Below, piece after piece: positions 29,587 through 38,812 of a stretch of DNA of 64,000 nucleotides. The DNA lies in assembly GCA_023267635.1 (NCBI GenBank), contig JAHFMX010000006.1, forward strand, positions 1,940-65,939, in the 5' to 3' direction. Numbering within the stretch: the stretch's first letter is position 1; each line of letters begins with the position of its first letter. A program made the translations under genes and the position numbers. This stretch comes from a bacterium (GTDB taxonomy: Bacteria; Patescibacteriota; Minisyncoccia; Phycocordibacterales; UBA5272). Under the pieces are notes generated by a model. The model had not been told where the DNA came from. It worked only from the letters and a program-made list of their open reading frames with translations, and ran no database searches.

Positions 29587-29991
29587 TCATTTTGTTGTCC
29601 TGAATTTAATGTTGTAAGAGATCAAAGTGTACCCATCGGGTAAGGAAGATTTCAGCCTCAGAAAGTAGTCAGTATCTGGTGTCAGGTCTGAAATAACAAA
29701 TTCATGGAGAGCTTGCACTCCGTCTCCTGGAGCATTGGTTCTATCATACGTTGGGGGCTCTATAGTGCTTATAGGTGTTTTCCCCAAGTACCATGAACCG
29801 GAACAATCTACATTGCAATGCCAACTTACAGAAACTTTGGTTGTCGTGAGATTAAGAATCTCCACGTCAATCATTGATAATGGTGGTGATGGATCGGCGG
29901 GTGCCTTTGGCCCTGAAAATAGCAGTATTGCCGTTGCTATTGCAATAGCGAGTAGTGTCTTGATGTGGTGTGTTAAAGATTTAGAGTTCAT
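29587..29991 (-). CDS. secreted protein with fibronectin-type-III-like domain
   Basis: N-terminal signal peptide (LLAIAIATAILLFSGPKAPA); C-terminal LTPDTDYFLRL plus W/Y pattern typical of FN3. Confidence 0.45.
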   Translation of the reverse strand: MNSKSLTHHIKTLLAIAIATAILLFSGPKAPADPSPPLSMIDVEILNLTTTKVSVSWHCNVDCSGSWYLGKTPISTIEPPTYDRTNAPGDGVQALHEFVISDLTPDTDYFLRLKSSLPDGYTLISYNIKFRTTK

Positions 29992-30184
29992 AATTTTTAC
30001 CTATTGCTTTGTGATATTCGGTCTGATTTAAATGATTGACTACTGACAGGGCTTCATTATAAGTCCCCATGTCTTGATCAACCTGGGTGTTGGTTTTGGC
30101 ATCCATAACCTTGTATATGTCATGGATTGACCCATTAGATCGTGAGTGAATCATCTTGATAAAGTAGCGACCATCCCTGCTCAA
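29981..30184 (-). CDS. small hypothetical protein
   Basis: ORF only. Confidence 0.25.
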   Translation of the reverse strand: MSRDGRYFIKMIHSRSNGSIHDIYKVMDAKTNTQVDQDMGTYNEALSVVNHLNQTEYHKAIGKNYEL

Positions 30185-30372
30185 CTTACACCTCGTTCCA
30201 GCTTGTCAAGACGGTTTAGTATGTTGGTCATGATGCTATCTGTGACACCTTGCTGTTGTAGTTTGAAGATTCTATACATCCTTATAGCAATCTTAACATC
30301 CTCAAATGTTAAGCCTTCACAGACATCCAGCATTTCAGATAAGCTGTACTTTCTTTGTCCTACTGTATCCAT
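30181..30372 (-). CDS. small hypothetical protein
   Basis: ORF only. Confidence 0.25.
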   Translation of the reverse strand: MDTVGQRKYSLSEMLDVCEGLTFEDVKIAIRMYRIFKLQQQGVTDSIMTNILNRLDKLERGVS

Positions 30373-30775
30373 TACATTTTCCTTTTAGTTTTACAAGATT
30401 TTGATTTTGTTCTGTACACTTCTGTTATAAAGAGCAGAAACCAGTGTGCTGCAAAGGCTAGTCCTTCCACCCCTCACCCCCAAAAAATGGGGGCTTCTTC
30501 ATTATTTTGTCCCTTATCACTAAAGGGATCAAAGAAAGCACCACTATGCTGCAAACCACAGCTACGAAGGGCTTTACCACAAGATTTTCAAACAGAACGT
30601 GAACTAAGGTAATCATAATGAAAATCCTGATAAGTTAGTGACAATTTCATAGGTAATGAACAGGTATACTGATACTATCATAGCCGTCCATATTGGTTCA
30701 AGGTTTACCATTTTTAGGCTCCACATAGATTAAAACTAGTGCTTAATATAACATAAAACAACAAAAAAGCAATAC

Positions 30776-32281
30776 TTATTTTCTTTTCCTTTGTTGTGCC
30801 AATTTCTTTAGGCCATCAAATAAAGACTCCTGGCAGTATTCTTTATTCTTCAAAGCTTCAATAACAAGGCTTTCAACCGTATTTTCAGCTATCAAATGGT
30901 GTACAAACACATGAGAATGTTTGTTCCCTTGTCGGACTAGCCGTTGTATCAGCTGGTCATAGTTCTGGTAGTTCCATGTCAAAGTATACCAGCAAATATG
31001 TTGCCCACACCCCTGTAAATTAAGCCCCAGGGCCATAGATTGTGGTTGGCCGGCCAATAGTGGGAGCTTCCCCGCATTCCAGTCAGCTACGATCTTTTGA
31101 CCTTCTTTTACATTAACACCACCACCAATGTAGGGTAGGTCTTTGCCGAAACGCTCTTTAAGCCTTTCAAGGTCATGATTGAACTCATAAGCTACCAGCA
31201 ATGGCTCCCCATTCAGCTCATTTACAAGTGCTTCCAGGGCTTCACCCTTGGCATCATGAAGGGGCATCCAATCTTTTTTCTTATTCTTCTTCTGCTCTAT
31301 CTGGAACCCAGTTATTGTAAGATCAGGCTCCATGTAAATCCCACCACTGGCTATTTGCCTGCATCGGCTGGACTTAATAGCAGCTGTTCCAGCCACGATA
31401 AGTTTACTGTCTATCTCTGCAATCAGGTTCTCTTCAAATTCATCATAGAGCTTGCGCACCTTCGGGGGAAGCTCTATATTGACCACATTATTAACCACAA
31501 CGGGGAGCTCCAGATAATCCCGTGCTTGGAGCTGGAAAACAAGCGGCTTTATAGCTTCATAGATTTCCTTCTCTTTGCCGGGCTTCACCGTCCAGTTATA
31601 TCCTGAGTAGTCAGAATCAAAGTAGTTCATCCTGTAGTGTGTTATGTACTTCCCTAATGCTTGCCCACTATCTAGCATGTAGCACTCACCAAACAAGTCC
31701 AGGAGCCCATTAGATGCCGGTGAACCAGTAAGCCCCCAGCGCCGGGTGAATGTGTCCAGGATAAGCTTCATGAGATCAAAGCGTAGTGTATTATGGGCTT
31801 TGAATGCTGAGAGCTCATCAATAACAAGGGTGTCGAAGCCCAGGTCTAGCCATCTTCTTTGTTGCTCTTTGGTAAAAAAGTATTTCTTTTTACCATTCTT
31901 ACTACCCTCACTTGGTTTGATCAACCATTTAAGGCTCTCCGGGTTAATGATGTAGATGTCGGCTTCACGTTCAAGAGCCTGCTCTTTTTTTGTTCCGGTT
32001 ATGATCTCAATGCGTAGATCGAAGGTCTGAGTCCACTTCTTGATTTCCTGAGCCCACACATTATGGCACACCCACGGTGGTGCAATTATAAGGGTTTTAT
32101 AGATTTGTCCTTCAGCCATAAGCTTCTTAAGGGCGAGAAGAGTCACTAAGGTTTTCCCCAGTCCAGGCTTCATGAATAAGCCCACAGACTGGTTGTCGAG
32201 AAGGAACTTCAAAGCTTTCTTTTGGTAAGCATGAAGTACAGCTTTTTGTGGGGGTCTGTAGTAGGTTAGTTCGTTACTCAT
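30776..32281 (-). CDS. SNF2-family (DEAD/DEAH-like) helicase
   Basis: Motif I FMKPGLGKTL, motif II LVIDELSAF, motif VI QLIQRLVRQGN (QxxRxxRxGQ). Confidence 0.75.
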   Translation of the reverse strand: MSNELTYYRPPQKAVLHAYQKKALKFLLDNQSVGLFMKPGLGKTLVTLLALKKLMAEGQIYKTLIIAPPWVCHNVWAQEIKKWTQTFDLRIEIITGTKKEQALEREADIYIINPESLKWLIKPSEGSKNGKKKYFFTKEQQRRWLDLGFDTLVIDELSAFKAHNTLRFDLMKLILDTFTRRWGLTGSPASNGLLDLFGECYMLDSGQALGKYITHYRMNYFDSDYSGYNWTVKPGKEKEIYEAIKPLVFQLQARDYLELPVVVNNVVNIELPPKVRKLYDEFEENLIAEIDSKLIVAGTAAIKSSRCRQIASGGIYMEPDLTITGFQIEQKKNKKKDWMPLHDAKGEALEALVNELNGEPLLVAYEFNHDLERLKERFGKDLPYIGGGVNVKEGQKIVADWNAGKLPLLAGQPQSMALGLNLQGCGQHICWYTLTWNYQNYDQLIQRLVRQGNKHSHVFVHHLIAENTVESLVIEALKNKEYCQESLFDGLKKLAQQRKRK

Positions 32282-32942
32282 TTTCGAACCTGATCATTAA
32301 CTCAGGGTAGCACTCCATCCAGCTATCTACGTGATAGGAATTTACCTCGCCGTAGTTTGCATCAAAGACTTTCTTTGGTAGCTTTCCAGTCATGAAACCA
32401 TGACGCTTCAGATCGAACCAACTAATTGTTTTCCAGCTAATGTTATTGACGTGGGCTACACGCTTAATACTTAGCCACTCTTCAGACTCATCAAGACGTT
32501 CTTCAAGTGCTGCTGCTTTACTGGTTACATTTTCAAGTTGTGACAAAGCAGTTTCTTTCTCCTTTTCACTTTCAATTAATGCTTGCAATGCTGCTATGTA
32601 ATTAGCTGGAAGTTTTGGTTGTGCTGCTTCAAGCTCCTGCCAACGATCAATAACCCTCATTAATAAATTCGTATTAAGCCTGGCAGAAACGGCAACTGAT
32701 TGTCTCTTATCAAGTTGGTATGTTTCAAGTTCTATTACTGCTCCTATATTGTTTGTGTACGAGGTACGAATTTTTCGTAACTCACCAAACTCAAGGCTTG
32801 CAGACATTTTAGAAACAATTTTCATTGCATCATTATGTCTGGTTTCTAAGAGATCAGTTATTTCTTTTAGTGTCATTGTCTGTACTTCTACCTTAATCAA
32901 TTCTTTCATTCTAAATTTCCTGTAACTCAAAAAAAACCCCAC
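32274..32942 (-). CDS. Rha-family phage regulatory protein (paralog 1)
   Basis: N-terminal TMTLKEITDLLETRHNDAMKIVSKM ... DRWQELE resembles the Phage_pRha domain; C-terminus YGEVNSYH shared with 34073-34675. Confidence 0.55.
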   Translation of the reverse strand: MGFFLSYRKFRMKELIKVEVQTMTLKEITDLLETRHNDAMKIVSKMSASLEFGELRKIRTSYTNNIGAVIELETYQLDKRQSVAVSARLNTNLLMRVIDRWQELEAAQPKLPANYIAALQALIESEKEKETALSQLENVTSKAAALEERLDESEEWLSIKRVAHVNNISWKTISWFDLKRHGFMTGKLPKKVFDANYGEVNSYHVDSWMECYPELMIRFENE

Positions 32943-33054
32943 AACCCAAACCGCGACCAGACGATTTGAATTACAGGGTTAAAGGTTGATCCTTTGAAAT
33001 GTTAAGCTGGCCGACTAAATTTCAAAAAGTAAATCTAGTCTACCAGGTGATTTG

Positions 33055-33342
33055 CTAATTGTCAAGATCAGCATCATCTAAGCCCCAAGGGTATACAGGT
33101 ACACCATAGTTCTTAATTCTTTTCACAGCTCTACGTTGCCTGTTTAAGTTCTGCTCAAAATGTGGGTGCCATGTGGGGGCTTTATCATTTACAATGTTAG
33201 GGTCCCACATAGATAAATGGTGCCTAAGTCTATCAGCCATGATCCAGTCTTTTTTGTCTTTAGCATCAAACCAGCTACGGTAGAGTTCCTGTAGCTCTTC
33301 CTTCTCTTCTGGAAGAAGCCTGTCAAGATTCTCAACATCCAT
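33055..33342 (-). CDS. hypothetical protein
   Basis: ORF only. Confidence 0.3.
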   Translation of the reverse strand: MDVENLDRLLPEEKEELQELYRSWFDAKDKKDWIMADRLRHHLSMWDPNIVNDKAPTWHPHFEQNLNRQRRAVKRIKNYGVPVYPWGLDDADLDN

Positions 33343-33754
33343 TATCTACCTCCTGGTAAATATGGTCTTGGGGAGTATTTTTATGCACTCTGTTGAACTC
33401 CTGTAATACCATAGCAACAGCATCTACGAAGCTATCTGCCCACCCACATGCATAGCCATTGTTGCAAAGCCAATCAAGTCTTTGTCTTTGTATTGCTGTG
33501 GGTTCTTCTCCGGGACACTTGAACTCCACATAGATTGACTTTCCTTTTCCAAGTAAATATTCTTGATCAGGCCAACCGTTCTTCCCAAGCTTTACATGTT
33601 GAATACCATACTCACTTAGCAAGTATGCTGATACTTTTCTTTCTATACCTGCTTCAATCCCCGACATTTTGCTTGCTCCATTCTTTATCAAGATTCCATG
33701 AAAGAAGATCAAGAAACATGTTAACTCTGTATTCTGAGACCAAAAGAGAGCCAT
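33332..33754 (-). CDS. VRR-NUC domain nuclease (PD-(D/E)xK)
   Basis: GWPDQEYLLGKGKSIYVEFKCPGEEPTAIQRQRL matches the VRR-NUC core (PD...E-F-K...Q). Confidence 0.55.
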   Translation of the reverse strand: MALFWSQNTELTCFLIFFHGILIKNGASKMSGIEAGIERKVSAYLLSEYGIQHVKLGKNGWPDQEYLLGKGKSIYVEFKCPGEEPTAIQRQRLDWLCNNGYACGWADSFVDAVAMVLQEFNRVHKNTPQDHIYQEVDNGC

Positions 33755-33826
33755 TCACAGCATACTGTACACCACCGAAAGCTTCGTCTGCTTTTTTTCT
33801 CAAGTCAGTAATTTCTTTCTTAGTCA

Positions 33827-34072
33827 TTATAGACCCCTTGACCTTTTCTCTTTATGCTCTGCTAAACTTTGGCAGTCCACACAACGAACTCTACCTAAAA
33901 GTAATCTCCCTTCAATAAGGTCTTCGCCACAATCAAAGCAAGATACACCATCCCATTGAGCAAATTGTGCTTCTTGCCATTGTGGCCGTAGCATTGCTGC
34001 TATTTCTTGCTCACTTTGCCTGGCATAAACTTCCAGACATTTCTCATAAGCTAATTCTTCTATACTCGCCAT
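33827..34072 (-). CDS. TraR/DksA-type C4 zinc-finger protein
   Basis: CFDCGEDLIEGRLLLGRVRCVDCQ (CxxC-x17-CxxC) and size typical of phage TraR-like proteins. Confidence 0.5.
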   Translation of the reverse strand: MASIEELAYEKCLEVYARQSEQEIAAMLRPQWQEAQFAQWDGVSCFDCGEDLIEGRLLLGRVRCVDCQSLAEHKEKRSRGL

Positions 34073-34675
34073 TTATACTACCTCATCGAGAATGTTTTGA
34101 TGGTAGGTGTTCACCTGTCCATATTTTGCACTATGTGCTTTTCCTAGTGGTATGCCCTTGTCTTTTGAGAGCTTCACAGCCTTCTTACCAACTCTACCGG
34201 CTTCTACTGAGTCAATTTGAAGACCAAGCTTTGAGTAGTAACCAGCAACTGTGTAGTAATCATCGGGGGTTGCTGCTATCTTTGCTTGTATCTCAATTAT
34301 TTCAGACCTCATTGTATTAAGATTCTTCTCAAACTCAACCATTGCAAGAGCTGTCTGTGCTATTAACTCCATTGCTGTTACAGGGGCTTTTATCTGCTCT
34401 TCAAGTTCTTGCCAACGGTCAACAAGCTTAGCAGTGAACTCCGGTGATAATTGAGCGACAATTACATAACTGTCTCTTTTACATATAAGATACTCTTTAC
34501 CACATACATTATTGATATTCTTGAAGTTCCCCAATGGGGGAGATTGAATTACTCCACGCTCTACAAGTCTTTCAATTGATTGCTTAACTTTATCATGCCG
34601 GGATTCTACTAATTCAGCTATTTCACGGCTAGTCATTGTCATTGCATTTTTTTGTACCATTACTTCTTTACTCAT
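34073..34675 (-). CDS. Rha-family phage regulatory protein (paralog 2)
   Basis: MTSREIAELVESRHDKVKQSIERL ... DRWQELEEQ; C-terminus YGQVNTYH. Confidence 0.55.
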   Translation of the reverse strand: MSKEVMVQKNAMTMTSREIAELVESRHDKVKQSIERLVERGVIQSPPLGNFKNINNVCGKEYLICKRDSYVIVAQLSPEFTAKLVDRWQELEEQIKAPVTAMELIAQTALAMVEFEKNLNTMRSEIIEIQAKIAATPDDYYTVAGYYSKLGLQIDSVEAGRVGKKAVKLSKDKGIPLGKAHSAKYGQVNTYHQNILDEVV

Positions 34676-34687
34676 CCTTTTCTCCTA

Positions 34688-35407
34688 TTAAAATTTACAC
34701 GGTCCGCCTTTAGCAGCACTGAAGTTGCACCACCGGCATGTGTTATTTGGTTTAGGTGGGAACCTAGTATCTTTCAACATGGGTGCAACCGCTTTCTCCC
34801 ATTTCTTTTGCAAGCCCTTAACATCAGCTTTAGTGAAAACCAAAGGATCACTTTCTGGTGGGTATGTGTCGCCGGTGTCCAGGTACACAAGTTTGGGAAC
34901 TACTTTTTCAATAGAAGGGTTGAACTTCATAGCACTAAGAGCATATAGCTCTAGCTGTTCAATGTAGTCCTGTATGTTGTACTCCCGGAATTTTCCGGTC
35001 TTCCAATCAATCACATTAAGAACATTGCCCTCAGGTAAGAACACAGCAAAGTCTAGCTTAACCCGAAGCCAGCAATTAGCCCAGTCATTGAAAACCGTTT
35101 GTGACCAGTCATTCCTGAAAGCCCATGATGCTTCAATGTGAGTTACTTGGGTAAGCTTTGAGCAATAACCACGCAGTTCTTTGAATAAGTCTCTGAAGAG
35201 CTTTAATTCTTTTGGGAGTATCCGTTTTTTACCTTTCAGATATTCTTCAGCAAGCTTATGTATATCTGATCCACGCTCCATTGCCGGTGATGCCGGTTCA
35301 GGAATCTTGTCGATGAACTTGTACTTGGCCGAGGCCGGGCAGGTCTTCCAGGTATGGTAGCGACTGATCGACCAGGATGTTAGATTTGTTGGTTTTTTAA
35401 ATGCCAT
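34688..35407 (-). CDS. Cas4/RecB-like PD-(D/E)xK exonuclease with Cys cluster
   Basis: N-terminal Cys (WKTCPASAKY), D...IDWKTGK core, C-terminal CRWC-x9-C typical of Cas4-like Fe-S nucleases. Confidence 0.55.
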   Translation of the reverse strand: MAFKKPTNLTSWSISRYHTWKTCPASAKYKFIDKIPEPASPAMERGSDIHKLAEEYLKGKKRILPKELKLFRDLFKELRGYCSKLTQVTHIEASWAFRNDWSQTVFNDWANCWLRVKLDFAVFLPEGNVLNVIDWKTGKFREYNIQDYIEQLELYALSAMKFNPSIEKVVPKLVYLDTGDTYPPESDPLVFTKADVKGLQKKWEKAVAPMLKDTRFPPKPNNTCRWCNFSAAKGGPCKF

Positions 35408-35422
35408 TTGCTTTTCCTATTG

Positions 35423-37342
35423 TTAATATTGTGGTTCAAAATATTTACGCATTCCGCCCCAGTTAGTGCCAATCTCTCCATCACTGCCCATAGGGGAATC
35501 AACTGGGACAGCCGTATGTATGATATGCCTTAATTCAGACATTACTTGTTTAACATCTTCACGGGGCACTGAAACCACGATCTCATCGTGAACGAGGAGG
35601 ATTATTTTACCAGAAGTCTCCTTATTTGTAAACTGAATTGTGGCTTCTTTCGTCTGATCTGCACTAGAACCCTGGATAAGATAGTTCAAAAGCTTGTAGG
35701 TAAAATCCACTTTCCTACCATCAATCATCTTGGGAGGCTCACAAAAATACTCACGCCCCCCGATAGTTCTAATAGGCTCACCTCTTTTCGATCTGGACTT
35801 AATGCCCTCTATCAGGCTCTTAATGCCGGGAAGTAACCTGTAGTAGGCATCTTTAATACTTTTAGCCATTGCTACTGTCACATCAAGCCCAGCAGCAAGA
35901 GCGGAAGCCCCCGAACCATAAATGATTGAAAAAGCAATTTGCTTCGCAGCGTACCGGCTTATGTCGATGTTGGCTATTTCATAGATAGCTTCTTTAACCC
36001 ATTGATGCAGGTCTACAGCAGGGTTTTCAATGAACATATCAAGCATTGCACCGTCTTCAAAGTGCGCCAATATGCGAATTTCTTGCCCGGACACATCCCT
36101 ACCTATAAGGACTTCTCCTGGAAATGGTAAAATGTAGCCTCTGCACTTTGGGAGTATGTGTACTCCTTTTATGGGTGTGACAGGTAACTTTTCTGCCTTT
36201 ACAGGATTCCGTTCTTCATGCTGCCATATCGGTTTGAATTTCTTCGGTAAATTCAATAGGTTAGGTTGTGATGAAAGCCTTCCTGTGCGTGCCCCAGTTA
36301 GACCACCAGACTCAGAAGAGCGTACCTGGTTAAACGTACAAAAAATTTTACCTTCTGAAGCGTCAGCCATAGCTAGCCAAGGCTTCATAAATGTCTGTAA
36401 GCATGTACCGAGTTGCGCCCGGTAGTTCAGCATTCCAAGCAGTTGCTTGTCATTGACAGCAACCAACAAAGCATCCTTGTTCGTAGCCACCTTACCTGTA
36501 GGTGTTAGCACAAGATTGTCTTCATCTACTTTACCTGCTGCAATCATAGCGCCCATTAGCTCAGCTGAAGAATTAAGGTTGATGTCTGTACTTGCAGACA
36601 GTGTGTCTATGATCCATGAGTCGGCCAGCTTCATACAGTTCTCAAAAGTCTTGACATCAGCTTTAAGCTTCTTATGATCTACACATACACCTCTGCGCTC
36701 CATGTCTAGTAACACAGGCATAAGACGGCGCTCACGATCATAGGCTTCAAGCATATCCCGCTCTTCTATGTCTGTCCACAGCATGTTGAACAATTGCTCA
36801 GTCTTGTCGGTATCTGAGTTAGCATACTTACCAACAATACCGGCAGGAGCATACTCCAGATACTTCATGTAATAGTGGTCGGACTTCCTAGACTTTGAAA
36901 TCTTAACTCCTTCTACCGGTTGGTGAGTTAGAAGCCATTCTCCTACCTCATCACGTTCTTCTGGTGGCATGTCTAATAGCTCTTCTGAAACCGGCTTTAG
37001 ACCTAAGTCCTTACGATGTGGGTCATCCAGGAAGATAAGGAAAAGTGTGTCATGGATTCTTGACCAATCAGGGACTGGGCATCCCATCTTAATGTCTGCA
37101 ACATCCACGTCAAACTTGCTATTGTGGAAAAGAACGCCGTCCCCGAATGTGTAGGCTTTTTTCAAAGCTTCTATTGCTTCTTCCTTGGTTGAGTTGTTCT
37201 CACTAACATGACCGAAAGCATAGTATTTCCCAGGTTTCCCAGGGTACTTAATAGAAACCCCCAGTGGTTCTGGGGGGTACTTGGGGCGTGCTTTTATTCC
37301 TTGTGTCTCGAAATCAATCGTGACTACTTTGGGGAGTTTCAT
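35423..37342 (-). CDS. family A DNA polymerase with 3'-5' exonuclease domain
   Basis: Exo I TIDFETQG; motif A GRDVSGQEIRILAHF; motif B RYAAKQIAFSIIYG; motif C LLVHDEIVV. Confidence 0.9.
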   Translation of the reverse strand: MKLPKVVTIDFETQGIKARPKYPPEPLGVSIKYPGKPGKYYAFGHVSENNSTKEEAIEALKKAYTFGDGVLFHNSKFDVDVADIKMGCPVPDWSRIHDTLFLIFLDDPHRKDLGLKPVSEELLDMPPEERDEVGEWLLTHQPVEGVKISKSRKSDHYYMKYLEYAPAGIVGKYANSDTDKTEQLFNMLWTDIEERDMLEAYDRERRLMPVLLDMERRGVCVDHKKLKADVKTFENCMKLADSWIIDTLSASTDINLNSSAELMGAMIAAGKVDEDNLVLTPTGKVATNKDALLVAVNDKQLLGMLNYRAQLGTCLQTFMKPWLAMADASEGKIFCTFNQVRSSESGGLTGARTGRLSSQPNLLNLPKKFKPIWQHEERNPVKAEKLPVTPIKGVHILPKCRGYILPFPGEVLIGRDVSGQEIRILAHFEDGAMLDMFIENPAVDLHQWVKEAIYEIANIDISRYAAKQIAFSIIYGSGASALAAGLDVTVAMAKSIKDAYYRLLPGIKSLIEGIKSRSKRGEPIRTIGGREYFCEPPKMIDGRKVDFTYKLLNYLIQGSSADQTKEATIQFTNKETSGKIILLVHDEIVVSVPREDVKQVMSELRHIIHTAVPVDSPMGSDGEIGTNWGGMRKYFEPQY

Positions 37343-37344
37343 TT

Positions 37345-37542
37345 TTAAATCTCATTTTGTGGTTCATCAGGACACCCTTTACTTTCACGTGTTCCACATA
37401 GCCAGTCGTTAGATCGAAATCTGTATCCTTGCCCTTGAGTAAAGGCTCCAGGATCAAGTCTAGGCCAATAACAAGACCTAGAAGCACAATCTTTATCACA
37501 AACATCTACCATTTTTTTAAGATTCTTATCTTTAATTTTCAT
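37345..37542 (-). CDS. small Cys-rich hypothetical protein
   Basis: 65-aa ORF coupled to the polymerase gene. Confidence 0.25.
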   Translation of the reverse strand: MKIKDKNLKKMVDVCDKDCASRSCYWPRLDPGAFTQGQGYRFRSNDWLCGTRESKGCPDEPQNEI

Positions 37543-37570
37543 CTAATACGACTTTAGGGGGCTTCATTTT

Positions 37571-38221
37571 TTAGTTTTTTGTTAATTGATAACTGCTGAC
37601 TCTGATTTCTTCAGCATAGGCTTTCAAGATGATCTTGCGTGTTGCGTAGTCCTTATCAAGACCAAGCAGGACTATGTTTTTAGCTTCTAATCTTCCTAGC
37701 ATATCAAGTTCATTAGCAGGTAGAACTTCTCTATCCAGACCTGCAAATTCACCTTTAAGGCACCAGTTTACCAATTTACTCTCATTCATGAAATGATGTT
37801 GTTCAGTATTCTTACCCTTTTCAAGTCTCATTATCTGCAAGACTTCAGACATAGCTTTATAGCTTGATGCTGCTATTGCTCTGGACTTATCCCAACTACT
37901 ACCATCACGGATAATGTTGTCAATTTGCTCATCACACCAAATTGCAAAATCAACGCTCAGCCATCTTGAATAAGGAACTGCCAATTTTGGATGAAACCAA
38001 GTCCCTAATGAGTTTTTACCAGACTTTGTGATATACCATTTGTTTATATCTGGGTATCTTCTTGTTAAAGCAGCAATGTAGGCACGGGTATCCTGCCTTT
38101 GGAGCCAATGAGCTGGATTTACACCAAAGGGTTTACCTGCTTCGGTTGCAGAAAACCAAGCAGATTTATTAAATGTTATATTTTGACCATCATACATTGT
38201 TTCTATAAGTTGCTTATCCAT
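37571..38221 (-). CDS. KilA-N (APSES-like) domain protein
   Basis: NITFNKSAWFSATEAGKPFG ... GTWFHPKLAVPYSRWLSVDFAIW resembles the KilA-N/Bro-N core. Confidence 0.5.
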   Translation of the reverse strand: MDKQLIETMYDGQNITFNKSAWFSATEAGKPFGVNPAHWLQRQDTRAYIAALTRRYPDINKWYITKSGKNSLGTWFHPKLAVPYSRWLSVDFAIWCDEQIDNIIRDGSSWDKSRAIAASSYKAMSEVLQIMRLEKGKNTEQHHFMNESKLVNWCLKGEFAGLDREVLPANELDMLGRLEAKNIVLLGLDKDYATRKIILKAYAEEIRVSSYQLTKN

Positions 38222-38481
38222 ATTTTTCTCTTTATGTTATTGTAAGGGAGCCTTATAATAACATAACCATTTAAAAATACAATAGCAAACTATAATAAGG
38301 TCTTGGTAATCTTTTGTTATGAATTTGTTTTTCATTTTTAAGATTCTATTGTAAAGTAAGGGAGCCTTATTTTATAATAAGTGATGGTTCTTGCTAAACA
38401 GATTAGTTTAAGTCTCATTGTATTGTAAGCGGAAATTACAATACATTAAAAATATAATACAGCTGATCAAATAGCAATAGC

Positions 38482-38736
38482 TTACCTAAAAAACTCACTG
38501 TCAGAAAGCTTACGGCTCTTGGTTGTCATTAAGTAGTCTCTTTCGTCCATAGCACGAAGGTAGTTAAACCGTGAATGACATCTTAGGACGAATGACTTCC
38601 TATCCTTATTGGTGAACTCCATTGTCATCATGGTCTTGGCCAACTCCTTATCATTGATCTTTTTCAAATTGGTATTCAAAGCAGCCCAGGTCTTAGTGAG
38701 CTCTTCATAGTTATTTATTATGTATTCTTGATCCAC
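38482..38736 (-). CDS. hypothetical protein
   Basis: ORF only. Confidence 0.3.
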   Translation of the reverse strand: MDQEYIINNYEELTKTWAALNTNLKKINDKELAKTMMTMEFTNKDRKSFVLRCHSRFNYLRAMDERDYLMTTKSRKLSDSEFFR

Positions 38737-38812
38737 TCTAGCCTCCTGAAAAAAAAGGCTGCTAATTAGCAGCCCCTAAGATTTTATTTACACTTTATTT
38801 TACACTTTATTT

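Noticed and set aside
30355-30612. 85-aa plus-strand ORF in the 30.4-30.8 kb gap
   Set aside because: It is oriented against the surrounding unit, has no SD, and is rich in odd residues. It is more likely non-coding RNA or regulatory DNA
31175-31606. Plus-strand ORF antisense to the SNF2 helicase
   Set aside because: It is entirely contained within a well-supported minus-strand gene, so it is a frame artefact
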